41,891 nucleotides of DNA from Terracidiphilus sp. (GTDB taxonomy: Bacteria > Acidobacteriota > Terriglobia > Terriglobales > Acidobacteriaceae): assembly GCA_050018295.1 (NCBI GenBank), contig JBEKAJ010000001.1, positions 1-41,891 on the forward strand, in the 5' to 3' direction. The notes beneath the pieces were generated by a model. The model saw nothing but the letters and a program-made list of their open reading frames with translations. It was not told the origin of the DNA and ran no database searches. Numbering within the stretch: the stretch's first letter is position 1; each line of letters begins with the position of its first letter. Positions 36,678 through 41,891 of the stretch are shown here, piece after piece. The position numbers and the translations under genes were made by a program.

Positions 36678-37159
36678 TTTACCTGCTGAATTCGCGCCAG
36701 CAAGACCATCCGGGATTCGGCGGAACGATTTTGAGCTGTGATATGCGTCCAGCTTGGCGAATGGGTCTTGGGTTTGGCGGAAAGGTTTCCGGGTTATATT
36801 CAGCACGCTGCCCGGAGTTGTCGGCACGGTAATGGGCTTGGTGAGGTTCAAGCATCGTGCGGGGAATGAATTCGGGCAGTCGGCGCGACGTTACTGTAGG
36901 TCGCGGCCAAGGTTACCGGGAGCTTAGGGGCCTAGCACAATACGGGTATTGTCACTCAGATGACAACCCATGATGATGAGGACACTTGCAACTCCTCTGT
37001 GTCGAGATATTTGACACGCGAGTCTACCGAACTGAAGTCGAGCACGAAGAACTCGCTGGAGAAGCCAAGTGAGAGCCACGAAATGTGACTCACAGGGCGA
37101 AGCTTTATTCTGGCGGGCCCACCTTGGGACTGCCGCTCGCCAAAACACGGGAATTGGAA

Positions 37160-37786
37160 ATGTCGACCGCTGAAACCTTCGAATCCGGAATTCTTGATGC
37201 CTCGCCTTGGTGGGCCGTTTATACTCGCCACCACCACGAAAAAGTCATTGCGGACATGCTCACTGCGAAGGGCTTCAAGGTCTTCTTGCCACTCTATGAA
37301 TCCATCCGCCGCTGGAAAGACAGGAGAAAGGTCCTTTCTCTGCCCTTATTTCCGTGCTACATCTTCATTCGCGGCGGCCTCGATCGCAAACTGCAGGTCG
37401 TGACAACACCGGGGATCCACATGATTCTCTATCGCGGTCAAAAGGTTGCAGTCATCCCGGATCAAGAGATTGAGGCGATTCAAAAAGCGGTTGATGGGCC
37501 TTGCCGCGTTGAGCCTCATCCGTTTCTCAAGTGCGGCACACGGGTTCGGGTTAAAATGGGGGCCCTCGAAGGTGTCGAGGGTATTCTGATTCGCAAGAAG
37601 AATCTGTCTCGTCTGATTCTTTCCGTTGACATGCTCGCGCAGTCCGTATCCGTTGAGGTCCATGCCTCCGATGTTGAGCCGTGTGCGGCCGCTAGCCAGG
37701 AAGTGGAAATGCGCTCTTCATCTTTTTTCTTTACGGGCCAGAACCGAATCCAATCCGGAAACTCACTGCGGGCTTCTGCTCCTTAA
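37160..37786 (+). CDS. NusG-paralog transcription antiterminator (UpxY/LoaP-like) of the polysaccharide locus
   Basis: WWAVYTR..HEK, FLPLY...RRWKDR.K....PLFPCYIF (NGN), G.RVRV..G.LEG.EG (KOW). Start uncertain (37085 or 37160). Confidence 0.88.
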   Translation: MSTAETFESGILDASPWWAVYTRHHHEKVIADMLTAKGFKVFLPLYESIRRWKDRRKVLSLPLFPCYIFIRGGLDRKLQVVTTPGIHMILYRGQKVAVIPDQEIEAIQKAVDGPCRVEPHPFLKCGTRVRVKMGALEGVEGILIRKKNLSRLILSVDMLAQSVSVEVHASDVEPCAAASQEVEMRSSSFFFTGQNRIQSGNSLRASAP

Positions 37787-37950
37787 GAAGCGAGAGACTC
37801 GATCCTGCGATCGCTTCGGTTTAAACTCCAACGCCCGGCAAATATCGGGCCTTCACTCTCGCAATAATGCGCATCATCAGGGAATCTTCGATGGGAAATC
37901 ACAAGACATCAGCAAACTCACCCGGTCCAAAATGGTTGGGGAAAGCCGTC

Positions 37951-38613
37951 ATGAAAAGATTGGGCAGTCTGGCGCTTAAATCGTGCCTTGTAACTTGTGT
38001 GGCGTTCTCCGCAGCTTTATGGGGACAGGCCGCCGATTCGAACCAGTCCGGCGCCGCAACCGATCCAGCGGCAACCACAGCTTCGCCGGCGCAGCCCGAT
38101 CCGGCTGCCAAAGGCCCACACGCCGACGACACTTACATCATCGGCGACGATGACGTTCTTGCAGTCAATGTCTGGAAGGAGCCGGAAATCTCCAAGCAGA
38201 TTCCGGTGCGGTCGGACGGCAAGATTTCGCTTCCGCTCGTAGGAGAAGTGCTCGCGGCTGGACGGACCCCGCCGCAACTCGAGCAGGAGATTACAACAAG
38301 GCTTCGGGGCTACATTACTGACCCGCAAGTGACTGTGATCGTCGAACAGATGAACAGCCAAAGGTTCAACATCTTTGGCCAAGTGGGCAAACCTGGATCC
38401 TACGCGTTGATCGCTGGAATAACGATTGTAGACGCGCTCGCGAATGCGGGTGGGCTCAGGGATTTCGCCAAGAAGAAATCCATTTACGTCCTTCGCCAGA
38501 AGCCCGGGGGAGGCGAGACGAGGATTCCCTTCAACTATGAGAAGTTCATCAAAGGGAAAGATGTGAACCAGAACATTCAGATTAAGCAGCATGACACGAT
38601 CGTCGTGCCTTGA
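37951..38613 (+). CDS. Polysaccharide biosynthesis/export protein (short OPX, Wza-like)
   Basis: Signal peptide; YIIG.DD.L.V.VW......VRSDGKISLPLVGEV.AAG.T (Poly_export); one SLBB domain; ends DTIVVP with no C-terminal membrane helix. Confidence 0.9.
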   Translation: MKRLGSLALKSCLVTCVAFSAALWGQAADSNQSGAATDPAATTASPAQPDPAAKGPHADDTYIIGDDDVLAVNVWKEPEISKQIPVRSDGKISLPLVGEVLAAGRTPPQLEQEITTRLRGYITDPQVTVIVEQMNSQRFNIFGQVGKPGSYALIAGITIVDALANAGGLRDFAKKKSIYVLRQKPGGGETRIPFNYEKFIKGKDVNQNIQIKQHDTIVVP

Positions 38614-38621
38614 GGCCGGCT

Positions 38622-39980
38622 ATGTTTGCAAGAACCTATCTCTCTCTCCTTTTCGCATCCTTGGTGGCCGTCCCGGCTCTGTCTCAGGTGGAACCGAGCG
38701 CCACGGGAGGCGCAGCGTCAACGGGGGACGACACTCAGATGATGACACCGCCACCGGTAAGCGGTATGCCGTACCCCGGCGGGGCTGGCGCGGATACGCG
38801 ATCAAATTATCTGGCTGCCGCAATCAACGCAAATGCAGGCTATAGCGATAACGTCCTGCCCGGCTCCAACGCCAAACCTATCAGCGATGAGAGCTATTGG
38901 ATTCTTCCTGCCCTCTCCCTAAATAAATCGACAGGGCGACAAAACATCATACTGGGATATAGCCCGAGCTTTTCGTTCTATCAGAACACGACCTCGCTCG
39001 ACACAGTGGACCATAGCGCATCCCTGGTCTTTCAGGACCGCCTAAGCCCTCATTTGAACTTGAGCGTCCAGGATTACTTCGTGAGAACATCGAATGTGTT
39101 CAACGAGTCGTATCCGTTTTCGGCAGGAAATTTAACCGGCTCGACGCAGGCGCCAGTCCCGGCCCTGATCGTTCCTTATGTGGAGCAGATGAGCGATACG
39201 GCGAGCGGCTCGATCGACTACCAATTCGGAAGAGACAGCATGATTGGCGGCGGAGCCTCATATTCGACTTTCAGCTTTCCCGATACCGCCGCCGCAGCCG
39301 GACTTTCCAATTCGGACGGCGAAGGTGGTTCGGCATTCTACAGCCGACGCTTTTCGGGCAAGCAGTACGCTGGCTTGTCATACAGTTACTCCCGCGACGT
39401 GGTTACCGACGCACCGAATCCGCCCTTTAATACTCAACTACATACTCTGCTTCCATTTTATTCCACCTATTTTAATCCCAAGTTTTCGCTATCCATTTCA
39501 GCCGGAATCCAGTACGTAGACTTTTCCCAGCAGTCCGTAACGCAAGGTTACAGCCAATGGTCGGGCGTTGGTACCGCGAGCGTTGGGTGGCAAGGCAACC
39601 GGGGAAGTTTTGCCCTCAGCTATCTCCATAGCATCAATTCTGGCGAAGGATTCGCTGAAGCCCTCACTGCCGACAGTGTGAGCGCATCGAGCGGTTGGAA
39701 AATCGCTCCCACATGGACGTCATCATTTGCAGTCTCCTATGTAAACTCGTCACCAGTGACGACCCGGGTAGGCACCCCGATCTACGGGTATGAGGGTGGG
39801 AACGCTCTCGCGCTGGGAGCCACGTTGACGCATTCCATGGGCGATCGCTTCAGCGCAGCATGCGGATACGATCGGCTTCAAGAGAATTACCCGGGGATCG
39901 CGTTCATCGCCAACAATCCTGACAGCGATCGTGTATTCGTGACGATAACTTATCTGCTCAGAAAGTCCATAGGGAGATAA
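38622..39980 (+). CDS. Outer-membrane beta-barrel associated with polysaccharide export
   Basis: Signal peptide; GYSDNV N-terminal motif; Y/S/G-rich amphipathic strands; located between OPX and co-polymerase. Confidence 0.7.
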   Translation: MFARTYLSLLFASLVAVPALSQVEPSATGGAASTGDDTQMMTPPPVSGMPYPGGAGADTRSNYLAAAINANAGYSDNVLPGSNAKPISDESYWILPALSLNKSTGRQNIILGYSPSFSFYQNTTSLDTVDHSASLVFQDRLSPHLNLSVQDYFVRTSNVFNESYPFSAGNLTGSTQAPVPALIVPYVEQMSDTASGSIDYQFGRDSMIGGGASYSTFSFPDTAAAAGLSNSDGEGGSAFYSRRFSGKQYAGLSYSYSRDVVTDAPNPPFNTQLHTLLPFYSTYFNPKFSLSISAGIQYVDFSQQSVTQGYSQWSGVGTASVGWQGNRGSFALSYLHSINSGEGFAEALTADSVSASSGWKIAPTWTSSFAVSYVNSSPVTTRVGTPIYGYEGGNALALGATLTHSMGDRFSAACGYDRLQENYPGIAFIANNPDSDRVFVTITYLLRKSIGR

Positions 39981-39982
39981 CC

Positions 39983-41614
39983 ATGCCGGAAGTTCCTGAA
40001 GAATCGAAATTGGGACGCCCAGATATTGATCGCCTCTTCGGCGTCGTCCGACGCCGGCACCTGCATTTCCTTATACCGCTATTCCTGGGATGGCTGGCAG
40101 TCTGGGGAGCAAGCTGGATTCTGCCGCCGCGCTACAAATCCAGCACACTGATCCTGGTCGAACAACCCTCGATAACAAATGACTATGTTATGCCCAATGT
40201 AAGCGACGATTGGCAGACTCGCCTGCAGAGTATTTCCCAGCAGATTCTCAGCCGAACGCGGCTTCTCATGATCATCAACAACCTGCACTTATACGGTGAC
40301 ATGCAGAACACGGCGACATTGGACGATAGGATTGACCAGATGCGCAAGGATATCAATGTCGAGATTGAACGCGATCCAGGGAGAGCAGACATCTCGGCCT
40401 TCAGGATTAATTATTCAGCAAACGATCCGCATGTTGCGCAGCAAGTCGCGGGCGAGCTTTCAAATCTGTTCATCAGCGAAAACCTGAAAGTGCGCCAGCA
40501 ATTGTCTCAAGGCACCACGAACTTTATGGAGCAGCAATTGGAGGATGCGCGCGCAAGCCTTGCTGCGCAGGAGGCTAAGGTGCAGCAATTCCAAGCCGAG
40601 CATGAGGGGGCTTTGCCAAGTCAGCAGGCGAGCAATCTTCAAATCCTGGCCGGGTTACAGACACAACTGCAGAACGAGCAAGACGCCCTCAATACGGCGA
40701 AACAACAGAGGACTTACCTGGAAGCGATGCTGGCACAAGAACGGGCCGCCCAGGGGAGTGGCCATCGGTCTGGCGCGGATGGAAAAAGTATGTCGACTCC
40801 TACGGATCTGGCGACGATCGACGACCAGTTAGAGAGACTGAGGGCTCAGTATGCCGACCTCAGCGCCCGCTATACAGATCAGTATCCGGATGTCCAAAGC
40901 CTCAAGCATCAGATAGCTGGCTTGGAAGCGGCAAGAGACAATCTGGTCGCGGCTGCGAAGGCGAGAAGCAAGGAACCGAGACAGCCGGAAGAAAGTTCCA
41001 CCGCGTCCGACCCGACTCTGAGTGGACCGACGCTTCAAATCCAGGGCCAATTGCAAGCGAACCAGATGGAAATCACGAACCGGGAAAATGCGATTACCGA
41101 ACTCAAGGCGAGAATCAACGAGTACCAAGGGCGTCTGAACGCGGAGCCCGTGACCGAGCAACAGCTCACGGACGTGACCCGTGGCTACGATCAGTCCAAA
41201 CAAAACTATGACGAACTATTGAAAAAGAAAGATGAATCGGCGATGGCCACGAGCATGGAAGAGTTGCAGCAAGGCGAACGGTTCACCATCCTCGATCCCC
41301 CGACTTTGCCGACTACGCCGGACTTTCCGAACCGTCTCAAGTTTTGTGCCATGGGTTTGGGAGCAGGCATCGCGCTGGGCTTCGCAGTGGCCGGGGCATT
41401 CGAATTCCTTGACGATCGCATTTACAGTGGAAAGGAAATCAAAGCCCTTTTGCCGATGGCGATTATTTCTGAGGTCCCAGAGTGTGTGACCTCGACGGAC
41501 GAACGGAACACAAAAAGAAAACTCGTGTTGGGGTGGGTCACGACAGCATTCGTCGCGGTCGCTATTTTAGCCGGCTCTATCGTCAGTATCCTCGCAGCTA
41601 CACCTAAGTCCTAA
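39983..41614 (+). CDS. Polysaccharide co-polymerase / chain-length determinant (Wzc/GumC-type, no fused kinase)
   Basis: N-terminal TM, P.YKSSTLILV, long coiled coil with YTDQYPDV, F.ILDPP.LP..P.FPNR, C-terminal TMs. Confidence 0.88.
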   Translation: MPEVPEESKLGRPDIDRLFGVVRRRHLHFLIPLFLGWLAVWGASWILPPRYKSSTLILVEQPSITNDYVMPNVSDDWQTRLQSISQQILSRTRLLMIINNLHLYGDMQNTATLDDRIDQMRKDINVEIERDPGRADISAFRINYSANDPHVAQQVAGELSNLFISENLKVRQQLSQGTTNFMEQQLEDARASLAAQEAKVQQFQAEHEGALPSQQASNLQILAGLQTQLQNEQDALNTAKQQRTYLEAMLAQERAAQGSGHRSGADGKSMSTPTDLATIDDQLERLRAQYADLSARYTDQYPDVQSLKHQIAGLEAARDNLVAAAKARSKEPRQPEESSTASDPTLSGPTLQIQGQLQANQMEITNRENAITELKARINEYQGRLNAEPVTEQQLTDVTRGYDQSKQNYDELLKKKDESAMATSMEELQQGERFTILDPPTLPTTPDFPNRLKFCAMGLGAGIALGFAVAGAFEFLDDRIYSGKEIKALLPMAIISEVPECVTSTDERNTKRKLVLGWVTTAFVAVAILAGSIVSILAATPKS

Positions 41615-41891
41615 TGTACAAATCCTATTTTCATCTCTCGCGCAATCCGTTCGATCTTACCCCAGATCCGAATTGCTTCGTTCCCACTCCCCGGCACAAC
41701 GAAGCTCTCGCTGCACTTTACTATGGCGTGCGGCGTCACAAAGGTTTTGTCGTAGTAACTGGGGAAGTCGGAACAGGCAAGACCTTACTGCTTCGGTGCC
41801 TGCTTCGGCTCCTGGAAAATAGCAAGGATATCGCTTATGCCTACCTCTTCAACAGCAGACTCGATCCGAGTGATTTTCTCCAGTATGTTCT
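41614..41891 (+). CDS. ExeA/GspA-type AAA ATPase (5' part, truncated by the window end)
   Basis: TAATG coupling; MYKSYFHLSRNPFDLTPDP...H.EALA.L.YG....GFVVVTGEVGTGKT Walker A; absent from the ORF track because it is open-ended. Confidence 0.88.
   Translation, partial: MYKSYFHLSRNPFDLTPDPNCFVPTPRHNEALAALYYGVRRHKGFVVVTGEVGTGKTLLLRCLLRLLENSKDIAYAYLFNSRLDPSDFLQYV

Noticed and set aside
36821-36837. TCGGCACGGTAATGGGC as the sigma-54 promoter of the EPS operon
   Set aside because: Good -24 half, but the GC falls at N11 rather than the strictly required GG-N10-GC spacing
1-41891. tRNA, rRNA, integrase or prophage genes explaining the aroE-linked array
   Set aside because: None recognisable in the window; the only recombinase is the IS1595 transposase, whose own ends and TSD are fully accounted for

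Overview
A GC-rich bacterial window whose gene families and intergenic palindromes suggest Acidobacteriota (inference). From left to right: (1) 0.3-6.6 kb, a porin-cytochrome electron-conduit cluster (MtrA/DmsE-type decaheme, a large MtrB/PioB-like beta-barrel, two monoheme class I cytochromes c and a membrane-anchored NapC/NirT-type hexaheme). It lies behind a CRP/FNR-like class II promoter and a structured leader. (2) 6.8-20.6 kb, mixed housekeeping and accessory genes: Ig-like protein, alpha/beta hydrolase, RNB nuclease, two paralogous secreted proteins, SPFH, MmcQ/YjbR, M3 peptidase, LamG, cupin and an AroD-AroE fusion. (3) 20.5-29 kb, an accretion hotspot behind aroE. Single-gene modules (long flotillin-like SPFH, membrane/spermidine-synthase fusion) are each closed by a diverged copy of the aroE 3' end plus a REP-like palindrome. 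A cupin gene follows, then a complete IS1595-family element (26-bp TIRs, 8-bp TSD) carrying passenger genes, then a cluster of 25-bp dyad sites. (4) 29-33 kb, SH3 protein, beta-propeller lipoprotein, SRAP, DUF2203-like protein and a pair of perfect DnaA boxes. (5) 33.8 kb to the end, the start of an exopolysaccharide locus: two atypical sigma-54 enhancer-binding proteins, a NusG/UpxY antiterminator, a short OPX, an outer-membrane beta-barrel, a co-polymerase and a truncated ExeA-like ATPase. No rRNA, tRNA or CRISPR array was seen. All calls come from reading motifs by eye; no database search was run.
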